DNA of 52,378 bases, the filler included, from Squatina squatina (lineage: Eukaryota): assembly GCA_031763465.1 (NCBI GenBank). It is 3 parts of 3 records of this genome, joined end to end, with 100 filler letters (N's around TTAATTAATTAA, not from the genome) between each part and the next. Parts side by side here need not be neighbours in the genome. Positions count along the whole stretch, not along the records: positions 34,709 to 52,378 come from JARFOE010367692.1; 2 more parts are not named here. The stretch is one strand, 5' to 3'. The position numbers were made by a program, and so were the translations under genes. Positions 35,286 to 47,697 of the stretch are shown here, piece after piece; position 1 is the stretch's first letter, and each line of letters opens with the position of its first letter. The notes beneath the pieces are model-generated. The model saw nothing but the letters and a program-made list of their open reading frames with translations. It made no database searches and was not told where the DNA came from.

Positions 35286-36959
35286 TTGCGTGATCCTGCA
35301 CTTTCGTCTCGCCTGTGAACAGGTCCTTACCATGCCAGCTGAAGACACACTGTATTGCTGTTCATCAATTGCCTTGTTGCAGGGTTGCTCCTGTTGAATG
35401 ACAACATTTGCTGTTGGTGACACTGCCAAAGCTTCTGCATCGTGGGCCCAAAGTGGATGTGCACTGGGACCAGGCATGGCGATTCAACAAGAGTGAAATT
35501 AATGTCAGTAAAGCCTGCTGCCATAACGTGAAGCATTTGGATGAAAGTCTCATTCACGTTATTGAGATTGAAGTTATTTTGTTGAAGTTAATCTTGATGA
35601 TGGGCTTCAATCACCTTACCAATACAGTCAAGACTGGTTACTTTATTCTTATTCATTGTTCATATCTGCTGACTCACACTCACAGATTCAATTTCTCCTG
35701 CCCGAGTTGCTTTGTCATTGTGCTCATGTTGATATCTTGGTGCTTCGCTCGCCTCCTTTACATTGTCAGGTTGGTGTAAATCTGTGTAAACACATTCATA
35801 TGTGCCTTGCACACAGCTAGAAATGCCAGGTAAGCCAAAGGTAATGTGGCAAAACAGAGGGTCAGTATCTTCGCCTTCCACTGCCTGATGCAGCACCAAT
35901 TCCTCCTCCTCTTCCCTCTGCAACCCTTTATTTTGTATTCGTACAGGCGGTTCTGAGGCCCGTTCTGCAATAACGTCTTCAGACACAGTCTGGCAGACCT
36001 GGTTGTCACTTGTGCATGATGATATATGTACATTACTAAAAAGAAACAGGAAACAGTTAACACTTGCAATGGTGAAGCAAGATCTGGCACATCAGAGGCT
36101 AATATTCTGCACACACCTTACAGTTTCAATTATTCAGCTGGACAGAGAAGATCACTTCTTCGATTTCGAATGACTAAGTCGAAGCTTGCACATCTGCACC
36201 AGTATTGAGACACAGCAACATCACGACACTTTCCTCTGGCTCTGACATCTCCCTGAAAGTGGTGACTCCATCGCACGTCATAGCACGCTCTCGAGCATTG
36301 TGTGCCACCTGTTTCTATGTTAAGAAAGTAAAAAGAAATTAAACCTCGGGAATTTTATTATCAGCGAACAACAATCTAATGGCCTTGTAGACATCGCACG
36401 TGGCACTTTGGAGACAGGTTAAAGTGAAGTAATTGAAATGTCACACCTTAAGTCTCTGAACCTGAGCTGATTGTTCAGCTGGCCTCTTAGGTTCACAAAC
36501 AATGCAATGAACATATAAAAAATTACGATGACCTCCTGTGCATTGATTTTAATCCGTTTCTTGAGCCCAAACATGTGATAAAACAAAATATTTCTGACCA
36601 AGCGAGAATGAATTCAGTTCACAGCAGATGTGCAAATAAACATTTTTAAATGTAACATGTAAAATAATTTTAAAGGTTAACATTGAAACTTATAATTAAT
36701 ATATGTACCCTTCCATATCGTACTAAAACATTCAATGCTCTCCGAAACTGCTCTCCCGTCCGTTGAATGGTGGAGTTCGCACTAATGGCAAAAGCGACTC
36801 CCGTCCATGGGCTCATTTGGCCTTTATGAGGGGCTTTTGACTTTGCGGTCCAATTAGCGGCAGGCACTTTGCCTCAAACTCATTGAGGATTGTGGTTCCG
36901 TCATCATCTGTGAAATTCTGCGCTCTCTTGTGCGTGAGTGCAATTGTTGGTCCTTCCAT
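35283..36959 (-). pseudogene. Harbinger Myb/SANT-like gene, copy 1 (multi-exon, frameshifted)
   Basis: Exon 1 (36959-36709) reads MEGPTIALTHKRAQNFTDDDGTTILNEFEAK...W..VAFAISANSTIQRTGEQFRR. Exon 2 near 36310 reads VAHNARERAMT. The last exon has an EEEEE tract and MPGPSAHPLWAHDA. It is colinear with 41694-44777, and upstream homology extends to about 37240. Confidence 0.8.
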
Positions 36960-37639
36960 TTCGCTTTGCTCTTCAATTAAAATTATTCAAAATTATTTCA
37001 AAGTTTTAAAAACAATCTGACATTGCTTAAAATCTTATTAAATTATTTAAAACTCTGTAAGTATCTGTGAAAGCCTTTAGAATGTTATAAAAATTACAAA
37101 GTTTCAAAGCTGCATGCAATTAAAGAAAGACTTTCAATCACCTGTACATTCAATGCTGAAATCAATGGGCAGTTATTTAAAAATGGGGCGTGGTCTCTGC
37201 TGAGATGTTGACAGTTCTTGTGGGTGGGACCAGATGGCTAAAGGAAATACAATATAATAAAATAGGAGAAGCTCTAGAGAGATAAGGCTAGTTATTGGAA
37301 GAATGGTAATGAAAAAAAAAGAGAAACAGAATGAGAGATGAGCAGGATGGTAGAGAGAGACTGAGATGAAGAGAGAAACAGAAAGAAGGAGGAAGGAGGA
37401 AGGGATACACATCGAGACTCGGCAATAGTCAGAGGGAGACAGAATGAGAGAGAAAGAGTTGTAGACATTGTGGAAAGTTTAAAAATATAGAGATCGACAC
37501 AGAGGAGAGAACGAGCCAATGTGAGCGTGGGAGAAATAAATGGAAACTGGAGACAAAGAAGGCGGAGTCAGACAGGTGATAATTAAGGAAATTGGCAAAA
37601 TATACAATTGAGACGAATAAAGCTTTATTAGTCTTCAGT

Positions 37640-37830
37640 GAGTCTTCTGAACTGGAATGCACTGCCTGAAAGAATGGTGCAGGCTGACGCAGTGGTAATA
37701 TTCACAAGGAAATTGCCTAAATACTTGAAGGAGTGCACATTGCAGGTAATGGGGAAAGAGCAGAGTAGTGGAACGAATTCGATTGCTCTGTCAAGGAGCC
37801 AACACAGGCATGACGGGTGTAATCGTCACA
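37640..37830 (+). mobile_element. CR1 LINE 3' end fragment
   Basis: Reads WNALPERMVQADAVVIFTRKLPKYLK, followed by 3' UTR-like caaggagccaacacaggcatgacggg. Confidence 0.75.
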
Positions 37831-38636
37831 CTCTATTCAATAACAGTGTCTGAGGACATGCACCACACAGAGATACAGAGTAAGACAACGTGAGAGAGAG
37901 AGAACGCAAAGTGGGGCATAAAAACAGAAATAAAACGAGTGACAGATGGAAATAAAAAGAGACTTGAAGCAAAAAGACAGAAAATAGACTGAAATCGATA
38001 GATCTACAGAGAGACAGATTCAATGAAAGGCAGGCACATGCAAATACAATCAGGGAGATGGGGGAAGGAATGTGATTCTCACGTACACAGCTTTGGATAA
38101 TACTTTTCAATCTCCCATTGTCATCAGCCTGGAGACCGGCAGGGCAAACCAGCAGAACAGCAGTAGATGAAGCAGGCGGCCCAGTTCATGTCTGTTATGG
38201 GAGACCGCACCTTTGGGTTTAATTTTGACAGTTCTACTGGCGGTGCCTGTTGGCTGAACAAGGAAGGTAATCAGTCTGTGTAGCAGGCCCTCGCATCACC
38301 TACTGCAGCTGTTTTCCTTGCTGCTCTGTACAATGTAAAACTTTCCTTGTGAACTGGTGTTGCCTGCAATGAATCATTACTTACTCCTTTCCTTCTGCTG
38401 TGTTACTAAACTGGACAGCTTCCAGCGGTCCAATACGCACAACTAAAACAGTGCTATTCTGAAATGAAAAGGAGAAAAAGGTGGAAAAAGACAACAGGTT
38501 ATAAAGAATAAAATGTATTACTTTGCATGTGGACAGTCATCTTCATAACTGTGACATGGAGGCATGGACAGATCTTTTAATCCATAAAATAAATTTATAT
38601 CCATAAAATAAATATATTATATATATATTGTGAAGA

Positions 38637-38950
38637 TGTGTGTTTGGCTGTGTGTGTGTGTGTGTGTGTGTGTGAGATAGAAGGCTGTATGTGTGCGTCT
38701 GTCTATAATTGGGTGTATATGTGTCTGTATGTGAGACTTTGCGCTCCTGTGTGTGTATCTCTCTGTATCTATCTGCGTGCCTGTGCCTGAATGTTTATTT
38801 GTATGTGCATGTGTGTGCGTGACTTTCTTTGATTCACTGCGTGAGAATTGGTGCTTGTGTACCTGTCTGTTTTTTTGAGTGCCTGTCTCTGTGTACGTGT
38901 GTGTGAGTGTGTGTATGAGAGATAGATTGTGTGAATGTGTTTATGTGTGC
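38637..38950 (+). repeat. (TG)n microsatellite (perfect core about 38649-38674) in a degenerate TG-rich tract
   Basis: Direct inspection. Confidence 0.9.
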
Positions 38951-39079
38951 ATGCACTGATAGATGTTAAAATTACAAACCAAGGGAGGATCCAAGGGTAG
39001 AGATTGTAACAGATAATCTCAGTCAATGACTTCCAACAGGAAAATATTTTCAAAATATATCCAAAGATCATGATAACAC

Positions 39080-39948
39080 AAGATCATAAAATTAGGAGCA
39101 GGCGTAGGATTTATGACCCTTAGAACCTGCTCCGTCACGCAATAATTTCAGGGCTGATGTTCAACAAATACTCCACGTTCTGACTGATGGTCCACGAATC
39201 CGATAGAGTCAAAAAACTGGCGGAAGATTCAGGAGCTCTCTGGATATAAGGATTAACATGTAAAACACAAGTGAGCTTATGATAACTGACTAGCTCAAAA
39301 TTCAGTCTAGAACCAAGCTGAATAGCAGAAGTAGCAGAAACGAACCGAAAAACGAAATTCTAGGGCCATACAGCTCGTACGAGAATAGATTAGCTGGTAT
39401 CATATTGTTTTATACAGATATGAAGGGTAAACTTGCAGTGAAATCAATTATGTGTCTATTAGAGTCCAAAAGGGAGGAGTTGCATCTGTTTTCACTGAAG
39501 AAGAGGACGCTGCCAACTTCACAGTGAAGGAGCAGGTAGTCGGGAATGTGGCTTGGATAACATAGATAAAGTGGATGTATTACAAGTGTGACAGCGCTCA
39601 AAGTGATACGTCGACCGGATGGGATGCAGTCCATTTGTTGAGGGAAGTAAAGGTGGAAAATGTCGAGGATCTGGCAACATTCATCCAATCCACCTTGGAT
39701 ATGTGAGTGGTGTCAGACGGGTGAAGAATTGCAATTGTTAAATACACGCTCAAAAACGCGGAATAATAAGTGCGGCAATTACAGGCCAGTCATCCTAACA
39801 TCAGTTGTGTGGAAAGTTTGAGAGACGTTAATTCAGAAAAAAATTAATTGGTGCAGGGAGAAAAAAGGTGTTTATAAATGTCAGACAGAACGGATTTGTT
39901 GAAAGCAAATTGTGTTTCTCTAACTTAATTAAGTTCTTCGATGAAGAC
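39080..39948. mobile_element. Degenerate CR1 fragments (minus-strand 3' end at about 39080-39250; plus-strand RT fragment to about 39948)
   Basis: aattacaggccagtcatcctaacatcagttgtg reads NYRPVILTSVV. cagaacggatttgttgaaagcaaattgtg...aagttcttcgatgaa resembles QHGF..KSCLTNL.EFFDE. Confidence 0.7.
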
Positions 39949-40109
39949 ATGGAATACTCGTTCTGCATCTATTTAAAGAGGAAGTCTGTGAGGGGCAAAG
40001 ACGCCACATTGTGAATATAACCCTCTCTTCTGTTTGATTCTGATACATGGAATGGACTGTACCAGGGAAAAACAGAAAATGTTGAGTCACCATCAAAGCG
40101 CCTGATCAG

Positions 40110-41114
40110 AAAGCAACCCACGTCAGAGAGTGTACAGGCAGAGGGTTGATTTTGAATCAACAGAGGAGTTGTGAGTCAGGAGGATGCAGTTTAATAAAGC
40201 TGCAATTCGCAAACTATTTGACATGTTAAACGATGACCTTCAAACACGTTCAAAGACTGTTACTGCCTTGTCAATCGTCACCAAGGTAACGACAACACTG
40301 AACTTCTTTCTCTTGGGTTCATTTCAGACAATCACTGGTGACATTTCAAGGATCTCCCAGAGTGCTGCGAGGTTCTGCATTCACCAGGTCACGGATCCCA
40401 TAATGTGTAGAGTCTCTGAGTTCGTATATTTCGAATTGTCCATTCAAAATCAAAATGAGAAGGCCACAGATTTTTATAGAATTGTTGGCTTCCCAATAGT
40501 GATTGGGGTGGTAGATGGCACCCATGTTGCATAGATAACACCACTTTGTACACCTATGACAGAATACAACAGGAAGGGATGTCATTCAGTAAAGGTAATG
40601 ATTGTCTGTGAGCACAAATGAGGATCCAAGCTATGAATTCAGGTCAGCGGGGAAGTGCTCAGGACTCCTTCATCCTCCATAATTCGAACATGCATGACGA
40701 TCTCAGCACATTTCCTCCAAGAACTGCATTGGTATCGGGAGACAAGGGCTATTCACTAAACCATACCGCAAGACTGATAATCAAGCACAGGAGAGATATA
40801 ACCATACACATGTGGCAAGTGGTCGAGAGGACAATCGGGCTTCTTAAATCCCACTTCCGTCGACAGGACAGTTTATGGGGATTTTGAAATACTCCCCTGT
40901 GAAAGTGGGAAGGATTGTGGTGGCATGTTGTGCATTGCATAACTTTGCCTTGAGGGAACGTTTGAAGATTAACCCTGGAGATGAGCTGCCTTTTGAAATG
41001 GAGGAAATGTATGATGACAATGTACTTGTGGCACAAAGTAATGGAAAAGAGGCAACTCCAACTCAAAGCAGAGCTGTGAGGGAACACCTCGTGCTCGATA
41101 CCTTTATCACATAA
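40110..41114 (+). pseudogene. PIF/Harbinger transposase (HARBI1-like, DDE_Tnp_4), disrupted
   Basis: Successive frames read PRQRVYRQR, GSFQTITGDISRISQSAA, GFPIVIGVVDGTHVA, YNRKGCHS, GSAQDSFIL, GDKGY, VERTIGLLKSHFR and IVVACCALHNFAL. There is an in-frame stop at 40532 and several frameshifts. The 5' boundary is approximate. Confidence 0.92.
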
Positions 41115-41256
41115 TTATTCCTCTTCCATCCGCCACCCAGCAAACATAGAAAAACACACACAATACTTTAAGCTGAAGCATTGAAATTTTATTGCAGTAT
41201 GAAAGGCATTTGGCATACTGTATCGATTTTTCATTGCAAATAAAAATAATTTTGTT

Positions 41257-41490
41257 GCTATTTGCTACATTGTAAACAAAAAATAAATAAACATCGTAAA
41301 GTGAGTTTCTCAGTTTGTCACTGCAGTATTGCAATAATCACGTTAACCAGCTATTTGCTACTTTTTAAACAAAAAATACATGCTGAAGTGACTTTTGCAG
41401 TTTGTCATTGCAGTATTGCAATCACCAAGATAACTAGCTATTTGCTATTTTGTTAACAGAATCTATAAGCAATCAGAAGTGAATTTTTGG
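41257..41490 (+). repeat. About 2.5 diverged tandem copies of an approximately 90-bp unit
   Basis: gctatttgcta...aaca...aagtga...cagtttgtca.tgcagtattgcaat recurs at about 41257, 41350 and 41438. Confidence 0.7.
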
Positions 41491-41693
41491 ATTCTAAATG
41501 CGTTAGGCTTCTGTAAACTAGCTATTCTCTAGCTTTACAACACTTGTAACGTTACATTGGTTGCAAATAAAAATAGTAAATGAATTTCATGTTTCTACAG
41601 ACTATATTTGTGAAATTAACAAAGAATTCACAGGCATACCGCCTCACATTTGTGCCTGTTGAATGAAGGAGGTGGATTGTGGAATTTGGTAAC

Positions 41694-44600
41694 CTACTGT
41701 CTCCTGTGCTTTCCCCACCCCTGTGACCAGGTCCTTGTCATGCTAGCGGAAGGAACCCTGTCTTGCTGCTTATCAGTTGCCTTGTCACAGGGTTGCTCCT
41801 GCTGAAAGGCAACATTTGATGACGGTGTCACTGCCAAAGGTGCTGCATCGTGGGCCCAGAGCGGGTGTGCACTGGGACCAGGCATGGCACGTTCAACGGC
41901 AGTCAAAGTACCGGTAGTAAAACCTGCTGCCATGAAGTGAAACGTTTGAATTAAAGTCTCATTCATGTTATTCAGTTTGAAGTTAATTTGTTTAAGCTCT
42001 TTATGATTGGCTTTAATCGCCTTGTTAATCCAGTCAAGACTGGGTACAGTATTCTGATTAATTTTTCCTACCTCTTTACACAAAAACACAAATATCTGTG
42101 CCTGAGCTGCAATATAATTGTGCTCAGTTTGAAAACTTGGTGCTTCAGTTATCAGCATTACATTGTCAGATCGGTGTAGGTCTGTGGAACCACACACCTA
42201 TGTGCCTTGCACAGAGCTAGAGGGGCCTGGCAAAGGAAAGGGAGTGTGTCAACACACAGTTTGAGTACCACCGTCTTCCACTGCCTGATGTAGCACCAGT
42301 ACCTCCTCCTCCTTCATCTCCTCCCCTTCATTCACTACTCGGACAGCTGCTTTTGACACCTATTCTGCAATAACCTCTTCCGTCACAGGCTGGCCGAACT
42401 GTTTGTCACTTGTTCTGATGTACAACTGTGAGCATGAGAAAGGAAACAGTTAACATTTACAAATGTGTGGCAGGATCTGGCACATTACAAAAGCTAACAC
42501 TCTGCGCGCACCTTAAAGTTTTAATCATACAGCTGGACAGAGACAATCACCTCTCCAATTTCAAAGGCCTAATTCAAAAACAGGTAATTCGCCACCAGTA
42601 ATGAGGCCCAGCAACATTGCGACCCTTTCCACTTATTCTGACATCTCCCTGAATGTGGCGACTCCATCGCCTGTGATAGCACGCTCTCCAGCATTTTGTG
42701 CCATTTTACTCTACATATCATTGAGGAATTTAAAATAAATCAAAGCTCGGGTATTTTAAAATCGGTGAAAACAACAATCCACGGGCCTTGTTGATGGAGC
42801 GTGTGACTGTTTAGAGACAGGGTATTGTTAATTAATGAAATTCCACACCGTAATTCTGTGAGCCTATGATGAATGTTTACCAGGCCTTTCCGGATCACAA
42901 GCAACTGCAATAAACTCGTGATATTTCACGAATACGTTCTGTGAATTCACAATAAAGCCCATTCTGAGACCATAAGAAAATAAGACGTAGGAGGAGGAGT
43001 CGGCCATTCGGTCCGTTGAGCTTGCTCCGCCATTCAATTGGATCATGGTTGATCAGACATTTCTCAAGTCCAACTTCCTGCTTTCTCCCCAGAACCCTGA
43101 TTAGAAATCTATCTCTCTCGGACATAAATATGCACAATATCTAAGCCTCTACAGCCCTCTGGCCCAAGGAGTTCCTAAGACTCACAACACTCTGGGAGAA
43201 GAAATTCCTCCTTGTTTCTGTCTTAAATAGGCGCCACCTTGTTCTGAGACTGTCTCCTCTGGTTCTCAGCTCACCCATCAGAGGACACATCCTCTCCGCA
43301 CTTACCCTGTCCAGCCCCCTGAGAACCTGATATGTTTCTGTCAGATCTACTCTCATTCTTCTAAATTCCAATGAGTAGAGTACCAACCTGTTCAACCTTT
43401 GCTCACCGGATAATCCCTCCATACCCGGAAACATCCCAGTAAACCTTCTCTGAACTTACTCCAAAGAATTTATATCCTTCCTTAAATACGGGGACCAAAA
43501 CTGCTCACAGTACTCCAGATGTGTTCACACCAGTGCCTTGTATAGTTGCGGAAAGTCTTCCTCACGTTGACACTCCAATAACCTTGAGATAAAAGCCAAC
43601 ATTCAATTTGACTTCCTTATTACCTGCTGCACTTGTTTGTTAGATTTCTGTGTTTCATACATAAGGACCCAGAAATCCCTTTGTGAAGCAGCTTTCTGCA
43701 GTTATTTTTCATTTAAATAATACTGTCCTTTTTTTTCCTTTCCAAAATGAACTACTTCATATTTTCCCACATTATACTCCATTTGCAAAATGTTTGCCCA
43801 ATAAGATAACCTATCAATGTCTCGCTGTAAAATATTTGTAGCCTGCTCACAACTTGCCTTCCCACATATTTTATGACATCTGCAAATTTAGCTACAGCGC
43901 ATTTGCTTCATTCCTCCAAGTCATTAATATATAGTACAAAGAGTTGTGGCCCCAGCACTGATCCCTGTGGCATCCTGCTGGTTACTGGTTGCCAATCAGA
44001 ATATGACCCCCTTATCCCAGCTCTCTATTTCCTGCAAGATAGCCAATCATCTATCCAAGCCAATAAATTACATCCAATACCATCGGCTTTTATCTTGCAA
44101 CTTAAACTTTTGTGAGGTAACTTGTCGATTGCCTTCTGGAAATCCAAACACAATACATCTACTGGGTAATCTCTATCCAATCTGGATGAGACTTCGTTAA
44201 AAAACACTAAATCATTTGTGAGGCACGATTTCCTCATCATGAAGCCATGCTGAGTCTGCGTGGTTTGACTGTGATTTTTCAAATACGCTGCTATTACTTC
44301 CTTGATAATTGATTCGAGCGTTTTTCCAACAATCGATGTTAAGTACTTGGCCGATAGTTATCGCAATAAATGGTAGACAACTACATTGCATTAAATTATA
44401 TGTGGCGACCTCATGAGCAAGCAAGAAGGAAGTCAGTTCACAGCAACTGTGAGCATAAACATGATTGAATGTAACATTTCATCTCACTGTAAGGGGTAAC
44501 ATTGGAATTTATAATTAATATAGTTACCTTTTCAGATCGCATTAAATCGCACATTTTTTGTGACACTGCTCCCCTGTCTATCGAATGGTGGATTAACACT

Positions 44601-44777
44601 AACGGCTAAAGCGACTTCCATCCATGAGCTCATTTGTCCTTTGCGTGGCACTTTTGACTTCACAGCCCCAATGAGCCACAGACGCTTTGCCTCAACCTCA
44701 TTGAGGAGTGAGGTTAAGTCATCATCTGAGAAACTCTGCGCTCTCTTGTGCATTCCTACAATTTTTGGTCCTTCCAT
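41694..44777 (-). pseudogene. Harbinger Myb/SANT-like gene, copy 2 (multi-exon, disrupted; convergent with the transposase)
   Basis: Exon 1 (44777-44528) reads MEGPKIVGMHKRAQSFSDDDLTSLLNEVEAKR...WMEVALAVS and ends AAG|gtaac. Exon 2 from 42710 follows tatgtag| and reads SKMAQNAGERAITGDG. The last exon includes ORF 41694..42197. Confidence 0.82.
42971..44360 (-). mobile_element. 5'-truncated CR1 LINE nested in intron 1 of Myb copy 2
   Basis: Reads QHGFMMRKSCLTNDLVFF...LDFQKAIDKLPH and GMEGLS...YSLEFRRMRVDL...RRNFFSQSVVSLRNSL, with a 3' tail tcttattttcttatg. It is absent from the homologous intron of copy 1. Confidence 0.9.
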
Positions 44778-44937
44778 TTCAGTTTGCTCGTTAATTGAAA
44801 TTATAAAAATGTTTTTCAAAGTTTTTAAAGCATTTTAATTTTGTTTCAAATCTTATTACCTTGTTTAGAACTGTTTAAATATCTGTGAAAGCCTTCAAAA
44901 TGTTATAAGCATTACATCGTTTAAAAAAGGCAAGAAA

Positions 44938-45072
44938 CTGTGAAGAGAGACCCCCTACTTTTCACACTCCTGTGCTTTCAATCTGTGAAGAGAGACCCCT
45001 TACCTTTCACTCTCCTGTGCTTTCAAACTGTGAAGAGAGACCCCTTCCCTTTCACTCTCCTGTGCTTTCAAT
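44938..45072 (+). repeat. Three tandem copies of a 45-bp unit
   Basis: ctgtgaagagagacccc...tttcac.ctcctgtgctttcaa starts at 44938, 44983 and 45028 with few mismatches. Confidence 0.95.
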
Positions 45073-46112
45073 GCTGAAGTCTCTGAGGAGTACAAAATTG
45101 GGGAGCGTGGTGTAAGCTGATTCGAGATATTGACATGTTTTGTGGGCGGGACCAAATGGCTCCTCACTTCACGCACGCTGTGCCCCTGGCCAGCATGACA
45201 TCAGAAACTGGACAGGTTTATTTTTACATCGACATTGCAAATCTTCGTGGGCAGAAGAGCTTAAGATAACTTCGTAACTTTTTTTTCAACAATAAGCGGC
45301 CTATCTACTCAAAAGGCCTCCGATCGCATTTTATGGCCCATCATTTCCGCATTTCGAAAGTTCCTGTCTGGGCATTTGTTTAATTTTGCTCAACAACCAA
45401 GTGACCAGGACGTTAACTCCTCGGTGATTTCCTGTACATACGCTCGGTGTATGTGGAGGTTTGGCCCAGCAGCGTGATAGCTTGCATCCCAGGAATGCAT
45501 AATCACCCTCTGAACTCTGGAAATGGGGAGCGGTGAATAATTAATGGTTTTGTTACGCTGTATGTATTGCGGCTGAGGTCTGTTGATATTAATCAAGACA
45601 GGGACTGCGAGTCATTGCAGTTTGTTCATGTTTAATCACAGGAATATCTGCAGTCAGGAGCTGAAAAGGACGAAGAGCTGAACAACACAAGAAATAAGAC
45701 AAGAAATATGAGAAATTGTGATGAACTCTGTTGTTTTTCTGGTCCTTTACTGGTCAGGCTCTCTCCGAATTAAACGAGGTTCGGAAATTAACTTTCCAAA
45801 TCAAAATTTTAAAAAATTATCATGTACCAGCAATTGATCTCTGCGAGGGTCTAAGATTAATCACCATTCATTAAACAATAGCCTTGTTTAGTCGAATATG
45901 TGATATGCTAAAATGGTTATTCGCGATAGTTAGAAACTTCGCCAATTGAACTATACTGTTCAGCAAAACTTTAATTATTGCTGAAATTTTATCCCCTAGC
46001 TCATTTATCAGGCTGTATCTGACGAGGTTGATACACAATATGCAATGCACAGGAGGCAAGAAACCTGGATTTTCTTTTTAAGAATACAAGGCAAATATAT
46101 TCTCCAAAGTAA

Positions 46113-46185
46113 TTTTTCCACCGGGGCTCCACCCAAGGATCTTTCGTGCGTGAGGCAAATGTGCTACCAGTTACAGCCCGGAAAC
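46113..46185 (-). pseudogene. tRNA-Val(CAC) pseudogene
   Basis: The reverse complement GTTTCCGGGCTGTAACTGGTAGCACATTTGCCTCACGCACGAAAGATCCTTGGGTGGAGCCCCGGTGGAAAAA is 73 nt and colinear with vertebrate tRNA-Val. The B box (GTTCGA) is destroyed. Confidence 0.7.
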
Positions 46186-46744
46186 CGCTGCTTAGTGCAG
46201 CACCCGGAGGAAATCTTCAGCCACAAGCTGAAATTCTGCATCAGTGTTTACACAATAAACCGCAACAACACAGTTCAAATAGATTCCTTCCAATGTCATT
46301 GTACTCCCGAATTGACAGCCCCTGAATTTTCTGAGTCAGATGCCTATAGTTTTGCGAACACAATCATTGTCCCTTTGCATTGTTCTATTTTCAACCTACG
46401 TACTGATTTATAAATACAGAGAAAAACTGAGGCCCCAGTTCAGATCTCTGAGGAACAGTACTCGTCAAATCCTGTCAATTAGAGAACATTCCCATTATCC
46501 TTACTCTCAATTCCAGAGCAATGTTCACACTTTGCATTAAATTTGAACTTAACGGGTTAAAAGAACATGAAACGTGAAAACACTGTGTAAGTGCTGTGCT
46601 ACGAACCGAAAGCATTGCCAGATATTTAACCTGCGCAGCAGGAATGTACTTCAGGACCCTGTTGTTTTCAGAGTTTCGTGGAAAGCAGGTTGAGGATTTC
46701 AGCATCTCACTCAACATTTAAACAAGGTATGGAGCTAAACAGAG

Positions 46745-46817
46745 GATTTTGTGGTGTAGTGGCTATCACCTTCACCGTACACGTGCAAGCTGTCAGCGTC
46801 CAAGTCACAGAAAGATA
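46745..46817 (+). pseudogene. tRNA-Val-like pseudogene
   Basis: gtggtgtagtggctatcaccttcaccgtacacgtgcaag resembles GTAGTGTAGTGGTTATCACGTTCGCCTAACACGCGAAAG. The 3' half is decayed. Confidence 0.6.
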
Positions 46818-47158
46818 ATGTAAAATATGTTATGTTCTTTGAAATAAAATAAACCAATTTATCCCCAGTTTCTTTGTCTCAAGAGCAGTGAACAGACTAT
46901 AACAGTGTCATAAAATCCAAATAGTTTAACACCAGGCAGGTTATGAAAACATAGCAATCATTAAAGTTTTGCAAATTGTAAAAGTTCATTTATTGAAGTT
47001 TCTGACTGTCTCTCAGTAAACATGTTTACTCATTCATCAAAACAACGCCTATAGTTAATGAATGGTGATTAATTACAACCTCCCCATTCCCACGCCTCTG
47101 CAGATTGAGGAGCTAAATGTTATCATCTAAAAGAATTTTAAATTGAATAATTATTTTC

Positions 47159-47206
47159 TGAATCTGGGTTACATCGGTGAGTGGCTGACCACGAAACAAC
47201 AAGGGA
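47159..47206 (-). pseudogene. tRNA-Glu(CTC)-like remnant (homologues at about 49380-49426 and 50950-50988)
   Basis: gaatctgggttacatcggtgag...ctgaccacgaaacaacaaggga resembles the reverse complement of tRNA-Glu, GAACCCGGG...CGGTGAG...CTAACCACTAGACCACCAGGGA. Confidence 0.5.
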
Positions 47207-47630
47207 ACACTTTGAACAGTTCATCATAATTGCTCACACGTCTTATCTTTTCATCTTTTACGTTTCCAGCTCTTCGCTCTATTCAACTCTTGACAGTGGA
47301 AATTCCTGCGATTAAATATGTAAAAACGCAGCGACTCACAGTCCCTGCCTCCGATAATACATGCAGATCTAAGCAGCATTTCAGACCCCGTCCCAACCAC
47401 GTTAGCTATTCGCTTTTCCTCCGTTCCAGACACCAGAGGCTTATTATCCATTCCTGGGATTCAAGCTAACAGGGACACGGGCCCAACCTCCCCATCCACC
47501 GAGCACAGGCACAGGAAAACACCGGGGAGAAGATATCCCATCGACTGGGTGTACCCACAACATTGAACAAGCTTCCGGACTGGAATGTTCAAAAAGTGGG
47601 AGTGCTGAGTTGCAATTGAAACATTTACCA

Positions 47631-47697
47631 GTCAGCAAGACTGAGCGGCGAAGGCACTGCCTTCAGACCGATGTGGCTTCGAATTGCACTGCTGGCA
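47631..47697 (+). pseudogene. tRNA-Leu(CAG) pseudogene, variable arm deleted
   Basis: gtcagcaagactgagcggcgaaggcactgccttcagaccg..gtggcttcgaattgcactgctggca resembles GTCAGGATGGCCGAGCGGTCTAAGGCGCTGCGTTCAGGTCG...GTGGGTTCGAATCCCACTCCTGACA. Confidence 0.65.

Noticed and set aside
37240-38075. Hydrophobic Ser/Leu/Phe-rich minus-strand ORFs
   Set aside because: They are translations of low-complexity GA-rich sequence.
39363-39370. gggccata as the left terminal inverted repeat of the Harbinger element
   Set aside because: It matches the candidate right end over only 8 bp, lies within CR1 debris, and has no matching target duplication.
44938-45072. CRISPR-like appearance of the 45-bp repeats
   Set aside because: There are no unique spacers and no cas genes, and the context is vertebrate; it is a simple minisatellite.
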